The notes beneath the pieces were generated by a model. The model saw only the letters and a program-made list of their open reading frames with translations. It did no database searches and had not been told where the DNA came from. 64,000 bases of DNA from an uncultured virus (IMG/VR IMGVR_UViG_3300046517_001837). Its lineage: Duplodnaviria; Heunggongvirae; Uroviricota; Caudoviricetes. Positions 40,006 to 50,015 of the stretch are shown piece after piece (position 1 is the first letter of the stretch; each line of letters opens with the position of its first letter). The DNA is taken from the IMG/VR virus record IMGVR_UViG_3300046517_001837; one strand, 5' to 3'. Made by a program: the position numbers and the translations under genes.

Positions 40006-41967
40006 TTACTGCGAAAAGGGCGCGCCCGGATCTGATTGCAGCTGCTCTTGGGTCTGGGCCGAGAAGCGTTCGTCGGCCGCCTGGGAGGCGCTGGCCGGCT
40101 GCTGGCTCATGTTTGCGGCCGCCTGGGCGTCTGCAGTGCGCCGGGCCGCTGACTTGGCCGCCAGGCGCTTCGAGGCGGGCCCGCTCTGCCCCTGGGTGCG
40201 CGCGTTCGCCTCGGGACTCGGCCCCGCCTTGATGTCGTCCGCACGCGTCGCGTCGTCGCGCACCACCACGTAATTTTGGAAGTCCACGTCGATGCTCAGC
40301 CCCTCTTCGTGGTCGAAGGCGAGCCGCACTCCCTGCACGCGGAACACGGTCTGCTGGTTGGTGGTGTCGAGCAACGCGGCATACGTCACCGCGACGTTCC
40401 GCTTGAAGCCCGCCGCGATCAGGCGCTGGACGCGATCCGAAGCGCTCATGCCCTGAAGCTCGGTCACACGGTCCGCCAACACGCCCTGTTTGCGCGCGTC
40501 GATCAGGATGCGGATCGGCTTGCCCGCCTTCAGATCGAGTAGGTCGGCATTGAGGAAGTCCACGCCGAACGAGCTCGGATCGGCGGTTGTAAACGACCCT
40601 TCGAGCTCCTGACGTGCCGTTTCTTCGTAGATGCCGCGCGCGATCGAGCGCAGGCGCTCGAAGTCGGCCACGTTCGAGACCACCATCACGTGAATGGGGT
40701 TGTCGGGGTTCGAGCCGCTCGGGGTCACGCGCGCGGCGCGATCAGGGGTCTTCGGGAAGTCGTTCAGGCCAATGATCGCGGTCTCATAGCCAGGGCTCGC
40801 AGGGTAGCGCGCGGCGTAGGTCAGTTGCTTGTCTTGCTGGTAGCAGCGCACCTCGACGGTGGGATTCTTGAAGCCCGTCAGGTTTCGCGAGAACTTCAGC
40901 CGCTCGATGTTGCGCCCCCACACCATGGCGGGCGCGGACGGGTCTTTCCCGTAGAGCGTGCGCGCGTAGGTGATGTGGAGCCCGTAAGCCTCGACCACCG
41001 GGATCACGCCGCACGCAATGCAGACGTCGGTGATGTAGTCCCAGACGTTCCCCTTCTCGCCCACCCGCTGGAAGCGCTTGTGGCCTTTCTTCCCCACGAG
41101 CTTTTTCTTGCGCGCCGCGGCGTTCGACGGGATAGGGCCGTCCTCGCCATCGCCGAAGCGCACGGGGATCCCGCGCAGCGCCGGAAAGCTGTTGAGTAGC
41201 CCCTGGATCCCCATCTCGATCGGGGCGCCCATGTCGAGCTCGGCTTCCTTGGGCAGCGGCGTGTCGCGGATCAACGACATGGCATCCTCGGCCCGCCCCT
41301 GGACAAAGGCGCCATCGTCACCGAACTCGATATTCCATTCGGTGATGAAGCCAAAGAACCGTGTCTGCGCCTGGAAGCCGTCCGGGTCTTCGACAACGCT
41401 CAGGCGCGAGCCGTCGTCGCGCGTGATCCCGTGCATGCCCGCGTCGAAGTCGAGCGGCTCGACCACGCCCATGGTGAGCTCGATCGCCGCCGAGCGCATG
41501 AAGTTCGGGTGAAAGGGCGCCTCGTAGTAGTTGAGCGTGAAGCTCGCCTTATCGAGCGTGCGGAAGCCCGCGCGCTGCACCTCTGCGCGCAGCACCGGGA
41601 TCCCACCGATCGTGGTGAGCGATAGCTGGTCGGGCGCGGGTCCGTGCACCGCCTCGGGCGTTTTCTCGAGCCCAGCTGAGAGCCGCTGCGCCGACTTGAG
41701 CGACGCGCGCGCCTTGCCGATCTCGGTATCGAGCTCGGTTGAGCTCTGGGCGGCCTGCTGCTGCATCTTGACCAGCGTGGCGAGCTCGCGCCGACGCTTG
41801 TTCACCACCGCGCTGGCGTTCGACTCCTTCGTGTTCGAAGAGAGCATCACGCCGCTTTTGCGTGCCGTCGAGAGCGGCTGAAGCTCACGAAGCAGCGCGG
41901 CTGTGGAGCCGCCTTCGTCAAGGCGGATAGCGAGGCGTAGCGAGGCGCTTGGGCGGTAGCTGGGCAT
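40006..41967 (-). CDS. Baseplate hub (gpD/gp27-like)
   Basis: 653 aa; 'FFGFITEW...VQGRAEDAMSL' and 'WDYITDVC'; position. Confidence 0.7.
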   Translation of the reverse strand: MPSYRPSASLRLAIRLDEGGSTAALLRELQPLSTARKSGVMLSSNTKESNASAVVNKRRRELATLVKMQQQAAQSSTELDTEIGKARASLKSAQRLSAGLEKTPEAVHGPAPDQLSLTTIGGIPVLRAEVQRAGFRTLDKASFTLNYYEAPFHPNFMRSAAIELTMGVVEPLDFDAGMHGITRDDGSRLSVVEDPDGFQAQTRFFGFITEWNIEFGDDGAFVQGRAEDAMSLIRDTPLPKEAELDMGAPIEMGIQGLLNSFPALRGIPVRFGDGEDGPIPSNAAARKKKLVGKKGHKRFQRVGEKGNVWDYITDVCIACGVIPVVEAYGLHITYARTLYGKDPSAPAMVWGRNIERLKFSRNLTGFKNPTVEVRCYQQDKQLTYAARYPASPGYETAIIGLNDFPKTPDRAARVTPSGSNPDNPIHVMVVSNVADFERLRSIARGIYEETARQELEGSFTTADPSSFGVDFLNADLLDLKAGKPIRILIDARKQGVLADRVTELQGMSASDRVQRLIAAGFKRNVAVTYAALLDTTNQQTVFRVQGVRLAFDHEEGLSIDVDFQNYVVVRDDATRADDIKAGPSPEANARTQGQSGPASKRLAAKSAARRTADAQAAANMSQQPASASQAADERFSAQTQEQLQSDPGAPFSQ

Positions 41968-42221
41968 CAGTCCTCAACCAGGCTGGGCAAGAGCTCTTTG
42001 CGGCGGATCCGTTCCGAGATGATGCGGCAGATCATGCGCGTGCTCACGTCCTGTGCGGCCAGCGCGCGGTGTGCTTGCTCGAGCTCGCGCACCTCACGAC
42101 TGCCCTTCTGGAAGTGCGGATCGCAGAACGACCAGCCGAGAAACACAGCGTTCCATGTGATCAGCGTGACGTAGGCTGCCCTGGCGCCGCACACGTCGCA
42201 GGTGTCGCTGACCTTGAGCAT
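41967..42221 (-). CDS. Small Zn-finger protein inserted in the tail module
   Basis: 'DTCDVCGARAAYV...FCDPH'. Confidence 0.5.
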   Translation of the reverse strand: MLKVSDTCDVCGARAAYVTLITWNAVFLGWSFCDPHFQKGSREVRELEQAHRALAAQDVSTRMICRIISERIRRKELLPSLVED

Positions 42222-42223
42222 GC

Positions 42224-43360
42224 TCAGGTCACGCCGGTAAGACCGGGCGCAGGGGGGATGATCACCTGCGTGCCAGGCGGTATCGATGAGCTGTCGAACC
42301 CGTTCGCGTCGGCGATCAATTGCCATGCGTCCGCGTTGCCATATTCCTGTTGGGCCAGCACGCGCAGGCTGCCGCTGCCGTCCATCGTGACGATACGCAA
42401 CGCGTCTGGCTCGGCGCGCGACTCAAGGCTTTGCGCCGCCTGGTTGACGCTGTCGCGCAAGATGCCGGCGAACGTGCCCACGTCACGCTTGAAGGCTTCC
42501 ATCGTGAAGATCCCGGCGACGCCATCGTCGGTCATCGCCACCGTGTAGCCGTTCTCGAGCACCTCGGTCAGCAGCTGGCCCACCAGGAATGCGACGCTTG
42601 TGGCCGCCCCGCGGATGCCCTGCACCACGCGTGTCGGGAGCGTGATCGCATTGGCCAGCACGCGGCACTTCGTGAGCACGTCGTCGACCTGCGTCTGGAT
42701 CTGGTCGATCAGCGAGAAGATGCGCGCCTCGTAGCTCAGGATCGTATCGATCGGGTCGAACGCCACCAGGTCGGAAAGCTGGCTCATGGCGCTCTCGATC
42801 TTGTTCGGGTCGAGCGTCTGCAGCGTGGTCTGCTCGGGGGGCTGCGTGCCGTCGCTGTGCCACTCGAACTCGAGCGACCAAGGCTGGTCTTCAGTGCGAT
42901 CGGGGCTGGGCGTGAACCTCTTCACGATCCCGAAGCGCCGGAACATCGACCACTGCACTTCGAGATCTGAGCCGGAAAGGATCAGCTCGTTGATGATCCC
43001 CACCATCGCCTCGGCCGTCGTGGGCTGAGGAAAGCCGCGCACGGTCACGGCGGCCTGCCCGGTAGACGGGTCGGGCTGCAAGTACTTGTCCCGCCATATG
43101 CCGGTGAACGTGGTGGGATCGAACGTCGGGCCAAAGAGCTGCTGCGTGCCGATCGGATTGCCCGTGTAGTAGGTGACGCGCGAGCGTTGCGAGATCCCAA
43201 ACTCAGGCCCACGGAAGGGCAGCGCGCGGCCGCGCAGCACCACCTGCCGCTTTTGCCCGGTGAGCTCGGTGATGATCACGGGCGCGCCTTCGTTGGGCAC
43301 GTATGGACTCAGGCCGCCCGGTGGGCTGATGACTTCTCGGAATGCGCTCGCGATCGTCAA
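42224..43360 (-). CDS. Tail tube initiator with C-terminal LysM-like domain
   Basis: 'SLRVLAQQEYGNADAWQLIADANG...IPPGTQVIIP'. Confidence 0.8.
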   Translation of the reverse strand: MTIASAFREVISPPGGLSPYVPNEGAPVIITELTGQKRQVVLRGRALPFRGPEFGISQRSRVTYYTGNPIGTQQLFGPTFDPTTFTGIWRDKYLQPDPSTGQAAVTVRGFPQPTTAEAMVGIINELILSGSDLEVQWSMFRRFGIVKRFTPSPDRTEDQPWSLEFEWHSDGTQPPEQTTLQTLDPNKIESAMSQLSDLVAFDPIDTILSYEARIFSLIDQIQTQVDDVLTKCRVLANAITLPTRVVQGIRGAATSVAFLVGQLLTEVLENGYTVAMTDDGVAGIFTMEAFKRDVGTFAGILRDSVNQAAQSLESRAEPDALRIVTMDGSGSLRVLAQQEYGNADAWQLIADANGFDSSSIPPGTQVIIPPAPGLTGVT

Positions 43361-43368
43361 GGGACCTC

Positions 43369-45303
43369 CTACCGCGTGAAGTCAGGCACGAGCGCCGAAG
43401 CGATTCGCTTGCTCGCGCCCTCGTTGATGGCCTCGACCGTCTGATCCCATACCCGGTCCGGGTCGGCATCGCGGAAGTCTTGCTTGACCTCGATCTTCGA
43501 GCCGCGGAAGTCGTTGATCGTGGTCTTCTTGGCCTTACCCTTGTTGCTCTCTTCGGCCATGTTGAGGATGCTTTCATCCTCGCCCTTCTGCTTCGAGAAC
43601 TTGGCGAAGTTGGCGCCGAACGCGTCCATGAAGCCATCAAAGAAGCCCGCGCTGGATTCCTCGCCCTTCTCTTTGGGCTTGTTCACGCCGTAGCCGATGT
43701 CGAGCACGCCGCCGAAGAACTTGGCGATCCCGGCGAACGTCTTGCCGATCACATCGGACAGCCACTCGAGCCCCTTGCCGAGGTACTCGAAGATCAGCAC
43801 CCAGCCGCCGATGATGAACCGGAACGCCGGCCACAGAAGCCGCGCGAAGGACAGCACGATCCCGAGCACGCTCGTAAAGGCGATCAGCAGGATGCCGCCC
43901 ACCACCTTCGCCAGCGGCCAGATCACGCTCAGGATCGACTTGAGCAGCGTCCAGAGCGTGCCGAAAATGTCTTGGATGAACATCCCCACGGGCGCCGCGA
44001 AGATCAGCACCGCGTCCCACTGATCCACGATCACGCCGATCGCACCGGCCAGGATGGTGAGCGGCAGGATCACCGCCTGGAAGCCCGCGCCGATCGCGAA
44101 CAGGTCTTTGACGACCTCGGCAATGGGCGCCAGGGCGGCGCCCAGCTTCGCATTGATCGCGCCCATGCCCGCGCCCGCGAGCGAGCCGCCCACGGCGGCA
44201 GAGCCCACCTTGTTGACCAGGTATGCCGCGCCGACCGCCTTGGCCGTGGGCGCGAACTTTTGCGCCTTGCCCAGCGCGAAGCCGCCCCACGATTTCATTT
44301 CGTTCCAGGTGCGCTGCATGCGCTCAGCGATCTCTTCCCAGTGCGTGAGGAAGTACTCCGTCGCGTTGCCGATCGCCTGGTACATCGGCTCGAGCCACGC
44401 GCCCACCATGTCGCCGGCGGTCGTGAGCAGCGCGAGGATCCGCTCTTGGTTCTTCTGGAAGATGCCCACCATGCGCACGAGCATCTTGCGGAAGCCTTCG
44501 AGCGGACCCGCCATGAAGTTCGAGCGGAAGCGCTGCATGAAGTCGACGAACGAGCTCGTGATACCGGGTAGCGTCTTCTCAAAGGCGGCCGCGGCAGGCG
44601 CAAAGCCCTGCAGCGCCTCCTTCATCCGCTCGATCCGCTTCTCGGGTAGAAGCGCGTTCCAGGCCTTGGCGTCCTCTTTGATGCGCCCGGTGGCGCGCAG
44701 CATGCGGAAGAGCAGCACGTCTGTGCCGGCGGCCCCCGTCGTCATTTGGTTGATGTCGCGCGCGGCTTGCTTGAAGTCGACGCCGAGCACCGAGGCCGCC
44801 GCCACCGTGTCGTTGGTCACCTGGCGGATGCCGCTCAGCTTCTCGCCCGCGCCCGCGAGCGGGCCCACGATGCTCGAGTAAATGCCGAACATCTCTTGCG
44901 ACGTCGCCACACTCTTGAGGGCGTCGTCTTGCAGCTGGCGGAAGATGGCGCCGCCCAGGATGCCGGCTTTGTTCATGCGCTCGGCGCCGTCAGAGATCCC
45001 CTGATACATGGGCTGCGTCGCCGCGAGCACGGCGGCGAGACTGGTCTTCTGCGTGTCGAGCGCGGTGGCGTATTCGAACGACGCGCCGACCAGCCCACGG
45101 ATCCCACTCGTCAGCGTGCGCACGCCCAGGTAGGCGCCAGCAAAGCCGAGCGTACCCTTCAGGAGAGCGCTGATTCCGCTTCCTGCGACGTGCGCCTGCT
45201 TCTGGACGCCGAGCAGGCCCCGTACAAGGCCCCCCACGCCCTGGGAGGCGGTGAGGGCCTTGACGTCGATCTTGGCCTCTACGTCGTATGTTTCGTCGGC
45301 CAC
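43369..45303 (-). CDS. Tape measure protein
   Basis: 644-aa Ala/Gly-rich helical protein with a hydrophobic segment, directly after the chaperones. Confidence 0.85.
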   Translation of the reverse strand: MADETYDVEAKIDVKALTASQGVGGLVRGLLGVQKQAHVAGSGISALLKGTLGFAGAYLGVRTLTSGIRGLVGASFEYATALDTQKTSLAAVLAATQPMYQGISDGAERMNKAGILGGAIFRQLQDDALKSVATSQEMFGIYSSIVGPLAGAGEKLSGIRQVTNDTVAAASVLGVDFKQAARDINQMTTGAAGTDVLLFRMLRATGRIKEDAKAWNALLPEKRIERMKEALQGFAPAAAAFEKTLPGITSSFVDFMQRFRSNFMAGPLEGFRKMLVRMVGIFQKNQERILALLTTAGDMVGAWLEPMYQAIGNATEYFLTHWEEIAERMQRTWNEMKSWGGFALGKAQKFAPTAKAVGAAYLVNKVGSAAVGGSLAGAGMGAINAKLGAALAPIAEVVKDLFAIGAGFQAVILPLTILAGAIGVIVDQWDAVLIFAAPVGMFIQDIFGTLWTLLKSILSVIWPLAKVVGGILLIAFTSVLGIVLSFARLLWPAFRFIIGGWVLIFEYLGKGLEWLSDVIGKTFAGIAKFFGGVLDIGYGVNKPKEKGEESSAGFFDGFMDAFGANFAKFSKQKGEDESILNMAEESNKGKAKKTTINDFRGSKIEVKQDFRDADPDRVWDQTVEAINEGASKRIASALVPDFTR

Positions 45304-45315
45304 AGAGAGGTCACC

Positions 45316-45576
45316 TCACGTCGGGGTCTTGTTCTCTTCGGCCACGATATCACTGAGCGCTCGGTGAAACCGCCGCATGAAGCGCATATCCCAGTCCATC
45401 GACTCTTCCGGCGAGGTGTTGCCGTAGCGCGCTACATACGCCACGCGAGCAAAGAGCGCGTCCTCCCAGCGGCTACAGATCCACTTGTCCTTGGCCATCT
45501 GGCAGAAGAAGCCGAAGTAAATCCCGAGCCGGTCCGCCTGCGTCAGATTAGGACGGCGGACTCTTCGAATTTTTTT
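45316..45576 (-). CDS. Tail assembly chaperone, -1 frameshift extension (gpGT-like)
   Basis: Reachable by -1 slip at A AAA AAA (45570-45576). Confidence 0.7.
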   Translation of the reverse strand, partial: KKIRRVRRPNLTQADRLGIYFGFFCQMAKDKWICSRWEDALFARVAYVARYGNTSPEESMDWDMRFMRRFHRALSDIVAEENKTPT

Positions 45577-46007
45577 GTCGCTTCCTCGCCGGGATTGTTC
45601 ATCTCTTTCCACTTGAGCATGACCAGGTTTCGCCCGGTGAACCCGAGCGCGTCCCAGAGCGCATCACGCGACAGATCCATGTCGCTGAGCGGCTCGCCGT
45701 TCAGGCTCACCAGGCAGGCCTTTACGAGCTCGAACCCGAGCCGGATGCCATCACCCTCGGCACGCGAGATCGCCGCGTACTCGTCGGAACTCGAAGGTGA
45801 CGTGAGGATCAGCGTGAAAGGCTCGTCGAAAATGCCATTCTCGCAAATCTCGGGGGCGATCGTGAGCTTGAAGCGGCGCCGGCGGATCTTGCCGCCCTGG
45901 CCTCCCTGATCCGTGGTCGTGCGCGCGAGCAGGCGCGCGATGGCGCCCCCAGTCGGTTTGGCAGGCGCTTCCTTGAGCATGTCCTGAATGGGCTCGATGG
46001 GTTCCAT
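45543..46007 (-). CDS. Tail assembly chaperone (gpG-like)
   Basis: Between tube and tape measure; ends near the slippery site. Confidence 0.75.
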   Translation of the reverse strand: MEPIEPIQDMLKEAPAKPTGGAIARLLARTTTDQGGQGGKIRRRRFKLTIAPEICENGIFDEPFTLILTSPSSSDEYAAISRAEGDGIRLGFELVKACLVSLNGEPLSDMDLSRDALWDALGFTGRNLVMLKWKEMNNPGEEATKKFEESAVLI

Positions 46008-46036
46008 GTGATTTGTCCTTCGTGTGGGCGAGACGT

Positions 46037-46081
46037 GAAAACGCCTCGGCCCGGTGGTTATACCGGAGCCGAGGCGTTTTC
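46037..46081. terminator. Long hairpin / possibly bidirectional terminator after the tube gene
   Basis: GAAAACGCCTCGGC...GCCGAGGCGTTTTC 14-bp inverted repeat with inner stem. Confidence 0.65.
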
Positions 46082-46109
46082 GTGTCGCGCGCGGAAGACC
46101 CTTAGGGGG

Positions 46110-46541
46110 TCAGAGCTTTCGGAAGGTCGAGCCGTTGGCGGTGAACTTCATATCGCCGTACTGGTCTCGCTTGCCGAAGTTGGCGCCCATCTCGCCAAAC
46201 TTCAGGCCCGGGAAGGCCATGCGGCGGCGCTCACCGTTGGGAAACTGAAGCGCGGACACAGCGTTGATGGACGCCGAAGCCGCGGTGCGGCGCTGCGCGC
46301 GGTCGACTACCGCTGTCACGAAATCGAACGTCTTGGCGCTCGACATGTCGATCGTGAACTCGAGCTTCACGCCGCGGAAAATCTCATCGAACTGGTCAGC
46401 GACCTGGCCGAGGTAGCCTTCCTGGATGATGTCCAGCATGAAAGTGAACGTGTGATCCTTGATGTGGTCGAAGTACGTCACGAGCCCGCTCGGAAGCGTG
46501 AGGCTCAGCCGCACTTCTTGACCTTTGATCGGCAAATCCAT
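46110..46541 (-). CDS. Tail tube protein
   Basis: 143-aa beta-rich protein immediately after the sheath. Confidence 0.75.
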   Translation of the reverse strand: MDLPIKGQEVRLSLTLPSGLVTYFDHIKDHTFTFMLDIIQEGYLGQVADQFDEIFRGVKLEFTIDMSSAKTFDFVTAVVDRAQRRTAASASINAVSALQFPNGERRRMAFPGLKFGEMGANFGKRDQYGDMKFTANGSTFRKL

Positions 46542-46553
46542 GGTGCTGGCTCC

Positions 46554-48752
46554 TTAGGCGGCTTCTGACTCGGTGACAGTGATCACGCCCTCACCGATCT
46601 CGGTGCGAACTTCGATAGCGTCCATGCTCGACAAGGTGCGCACCTTGAAGACCATCACGAAGATCCCGAGCGCTTCGAGCGCGTCAGAGTTGGCGTCGAG
46701 GCTTCCCGTGTAGCTCGCGATCCGCTGGCGCTCGGGGTCGTCGGTGCTCAGGAGCCCGGACAAAAAGCCGTCGGAGCTCACGTAGCAGGCGTCGCGCCGA
46801 GAATCGGTCATGAGCTTTTTCACGAACGGCACGAGCCCGCGCGCCAAGCTGTCTTGGATGAAGTCGGCCATCTTGCGGCGCGCCTGCGTCTTGCGGCCGT
46901 TGATCGAGCTGGTCGTGACGCCGCTCTGGAAGACCATGCCCGCCGTGCGGTCGAGCCGCGGCGCGCAGATCCCCGAGGCCTTCAGGTCGGCGTAGTCGGT
47001 CGCCGTAAGCACGGTGCCGCCGGCCAAGGTTTCGATGGCGAAAAAGTTCGTCAGCAGCTGGGTTGCCTGACCCGCGTTCTCTTCGGGCGGCAAGAGCGCC
47101 GAGACCTTCGCCAGGCCCGCATGGGCGCGCAGCGTCACGATCCCGGAGTCGTTGAAGCCGAGGCCGCCAGAGACGCCGCGTGCCTGGATCTCGGGGATCA
47201 CCACCTGCCAGCCGGGCCAGGTGTACCAGACACGATCAGAGCGCAGCAGCGCGGCGTCGACCTTGGCCTGCGCCTTGGTCAGCCCGAGCGCGCCAGAGCG
47301 CAAGAACTTGCGCCCCGCCGAGCCCGTATTGCTCGCGTCCTCTGCGTTGTCGGAGGCGTAGGTGTCGATCGCGATCGAGCGGCGTGCGCTGTACAGGTAG
47401 TTGATGTCGATCGCTTCGTTCGTGGTGTCCTTGGTCTTGTCGAGCGCCGCCGTGTAGCGCGCGTCGAGCTGACCTTCGGTGAGTGCAGCCGTGAGCGCCG
47501 CCGGGTTCGTGGCGCTCATCGTCGCAAAGCTCGGCTGATCGATCAGCACGTTGACGGCGTTCGCGCTCTGACCGACCGCGGTCCCGTCGTCGTACGCAGG
47601 GCGCACCTTGATCGAAAAGGGGCCGATGTTCGGCGCCGCGTTCGTGCCGGCCGCCACCGTGGTGGTGACCATCGTCACGAACTCGACCGCGCCAGACGTG
47701 CGGATGCGCGTGCCGGCCTTGATCGTGCCGCCGGCGTTCTCGCCCGCCTTGACGGTGGTCGCCGTGATCGTGATCCCGAGCGCCGTGGCCATCGCGCTCG
47801 CTGCGATCAGGATGGTGCCGGCGCCCGCGGTGCTGTCGTAGATGGACAGAAGCCCAGACGCGTCCACCAGCGCCTTGCCGTTGATCGAGGCGAGGCCCGC
47901 GGTGCCGTTGATGATCGTGGCCACCTCGGCCGCGGTCACCACCTGAAGATTGGCGACGTTGCCAGTGCCCGCCGTCGTGCCACCCGTCAGCTGCAAAACC
48001 GCCAGGACACCCGCGGTGCCATCGGCAAGCGTCAGGCTTCCGCCCGTGCCCTTCTGCAGACCCTTGATGGTGATCACGTTGGCAGCCTGCGTGGCGACGA
48101 CGGCGCCGACCGCCGCATTGATGCGCGACACGACTGCGGCCGCCGTCTGATCGGAAGCTGCGAAGGTGACGACGATCATGGGCAGCGCGTCGATCGTGAC
48201 GTTGAGCTTCTCGCCCCCGAGGAAGCCGGTACTGACGACCGCGCCGCCGCCCACCCGCTGCGCCTCGGCCGCGGCAATCGCCGTCGAAGCCGTCGGGCCG
48301 CCCGTGCTGGTGGTCAGCGTGATTTGCTGGCCGACGATCAGGTTGTAGGGGCCCTTGGTTCCCTTGATGACCGCGAGCGGCGAGAAAGCGACCTCGCCGA
48401 CGCTCGAGTCCACGCGTACGACCAGGAAGCGCGGCGCGCGAATGAACTTCGTGTAGAGGAAGCCGTTCCCGTTCCACACCTCGCCGTTGCGCTGGCGCGC
48501 GCACGGGTTGTTGCCGGTGATCCCGGCGTAGGTGTAACCGAGGGTTCCGAACTGGCGCGTGATGTCGCCGCCCTCGACCTCGGTGAGCACGCCGATCGGT
48601 CCGTCATCGAGCTCGCCCACCATGCAGACGACCCCGGTACCGATGCCCGTAATACTGGCGCTCGGATCGAGATCTTCGACATACACGCCCTCAAGGGCGG
48701 TCATCTCTTCGATGGTGAAAACACGACGCGCGCGGAAAATGTAACCAGCCAT
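46554..48752 (-). CDS. Contractile tail sheath protein
   Basis: 'GVYVEDLDP...GELDDGP' N-terminus and 'RRKMADFIQDSL' C-terminus; start at MAGYIF. Confidence 0.9.
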   Translation of the reverse strand: MAGYIFRARRVFTIEEMTALEGVYVEDLDPSASITGIGTGVVCMVGELDDGPIGVLTEVEGGDITRQFGTLGYTYAGITGNNPCARQRNGEVWNGNGFLYTKFIRAPRFLVVRVDSSVGEVAFSPLAVIKGTKGPYNLIVGQQITLTTSTGGPTASTAIAAAEAQRVGGGAVVSTGFLGGEKLNVTIDALPMIVVTFAASDQTAAAVVSRINAAVGAVVATQAANVITIKGLQKGTGGSLTLADGTAGVLAVLQLTGGTTAGTGNVANLQVVTAAEVATIINGTAGLASINGKALVDASGLLSIYDSTAGAGTILIAASAMATALGITITATTVKAGENAGGTIKAGTRIRTSGAVEFVTMVTTTVAAGTNAAPNIGPFSIKVRPAYDDGTAVGQSANAVNVLIDQPSFATMSATNPAALTAALTEGQLDARYTAALDKTKDTTNEAIDINYLYSARRSIAIDTYASDNAEDASNTGSAGRKFLRSGALGLTKAQAKVDAALLRSDRVWYTWPGWQVVIPEIQARGVSGGLGFNDSGIVTLRAHAGLAKVSALLPPEENAGQATQLLTNFFAIETLAGGTVLTATDYADLKASGICAPRLDRTAGMVFQSGVTTSSINGRKTQARRKMADFIQDSLARGLVPFVKKLMTDSRRDACYVSSDGFLSGLLSTDDPERQRIASYTGSLDANSDALEALGIFVMVFKVRTLSSMDAIEVRTEIGEGVITVTESEAA

Positions 48753-48826
48753 GCTCAACCCCCAACGGGTTCCACGGCTTCGCGCGATTCGGACAGTAGC
48801 ACGGGGCGCGCCGCCCCTGTCTAGGC

Positions 48827-49507
48827 CTAGCCCTGCGAGCTCGTGAGGGTGTGGACTGCGCGCGGCCAGAAGTGCCGCCCCGCCCTCATCTCGAGCATGG
48901 GCGCGTCCCACGTCACGAGCGCGCGCAGCTCCCATTCATTCGTATAGGCCTTGGCCGGGATGTTGACGCGCTGCGCTGGCTGCTTGAGCGTGAAGCGCCC
49001 TGTCGCGCAGGCATAGATCTCGGGCAGGCGCAGCAGCACCCCGCGCACCTCACGCGGATTGAAGATCCACGAGAGCGCCGTCGCCATGGCGTCGCGCAGG
49101 GGCTTCGAGTCGGCCCAGAAGCTGACCTGAAACACACCCTGGGCGTCCCCGAGATTCCAAATTACCGTGCCGCGCGCTTCGTCCCACGTATCTTCGAGCG
49201 CGTGCGGCAGAGCCTCGCTGAGGGCCGCGTCCGAACGCGGGAAGATGGACGCCGACGGGTAGAGCAGCTTCTGTTGGGCGGTGGGGTAGTCGTCGAGCAC
49301 GTCCAGCAGGGTGACTTCCCGATTTCGCGGCCGATCCTGTGCCGGGTCAGCCGGCTCGCCGCCCCAGACCGAGAACGTCTGACAGCGCAGATAGGCTTCG
49401 AGCGCCATCGCGCACGCTTTCTCGGCGTCGATCTGCACGCTGAGGCTATCGATGTGCGGCGCGGCCGCGTCCCCTTCCTTGCCGATCACGACGTCACCAG
49501 TAGCCAT
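48827..49507 (-). CDS. Tail terminator/completion protein
   Basis: Position before the sheath; 'YPSASI...FQVSFWA'. Confidence 0.55.
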   Translation of the reverse strand: MATGDVVIGKEGDAAAPHIDSLSVQIDAEKACAMALEAYLRCQTFSVWGGEPADPAQDRPRNREVTLLDVLDDYPTAQQKLLYPSASIFPRSDAALSEALPHALEDTWDEARGTVIWNLGDAQGVFQVSFWADSKPLRDAMATALSWIFNPREVRGVLLRLPEIYACATGRFTLKQPAQRVNIPAKAYTNEWELRALVTWDAPMLEMRAGRHFWPRAVHTLTSSQG

Positions 49508-49512
49508 GCGAG

Positions 49513-50013
49513 CTAGCGTGACCCGCGCGCGCGCTCGGCCGCCATCTTTTTGAGCGACTTACGGATCTCACTATCGAGCACGCGGTTTTTCTTCCAGCGG
49601 CGCAGCGCGCGCGAAAAGTAGCGCTTGGGCGCGATCCCATGCTGCTGGATGCTGCGCCGCACCGCCCACGCCATCGCTACGGGGTCGGTGGCGCCCTTGC
49701 GCGTGGCCCAGGCGATCAAGGGCTCGATCGGGGGCGTAAACGGCCGCGTGCCGCCTTCCATCATGGCCGCGTAGGGCGCGCCCATCGTCACGAAGGCGCC
49801 CGTCTTCAGATAGATCACGCCGACGCTGTTGCGCATGATTCCGCGGTCAACGACGGGGTAAGGCTCGTTTTCCGAGATCTCTTCGACCACGTAACCCTTG
49901 AGGCGCTCGGCGGCGCGCCGGCTCGCAATGACCGCGGCGTGCTGAAGGTCGGCCGGCAGGCGCTGCACGAGCCCCACGAACTGCGAGATCGTGACCTTGC
50001 GCCGCTGCCCCAT
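49513..50013 (-). CDS. Neck/tail-completion protein (HK97 gp10-like)
   Basis: 'PVVDRGIMRNS...APYAAMMEGGTRP...GIAPKRYF'. Confidence 0.75.
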   Translation of the reverse strand: MGQRRKVTISQFVGLVQRLPADLQHAAVIASRRAAERLKGYVVEEISENEPYPVVDRGIMRNSVGVIYLKTGAFVTMGAPYAAMMEGGTRPFTPPIEPLIAWATRKGATDPVAMAWAVRRSIQQHGIAPKRYFSRALRRWKKNRVLDSEIRKSLKKMAAERARGSR

Positions 50014-50015
50014 AG

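Noticed and set aside
46854..48824. Long plus-strand ORFs (also 52135..53739, 60228..61886, 5559..6824, 43342..44571)
   Set aside because: Antisense shadows of real GC-rich genes; no motifs and Arg/Ala-biased composition
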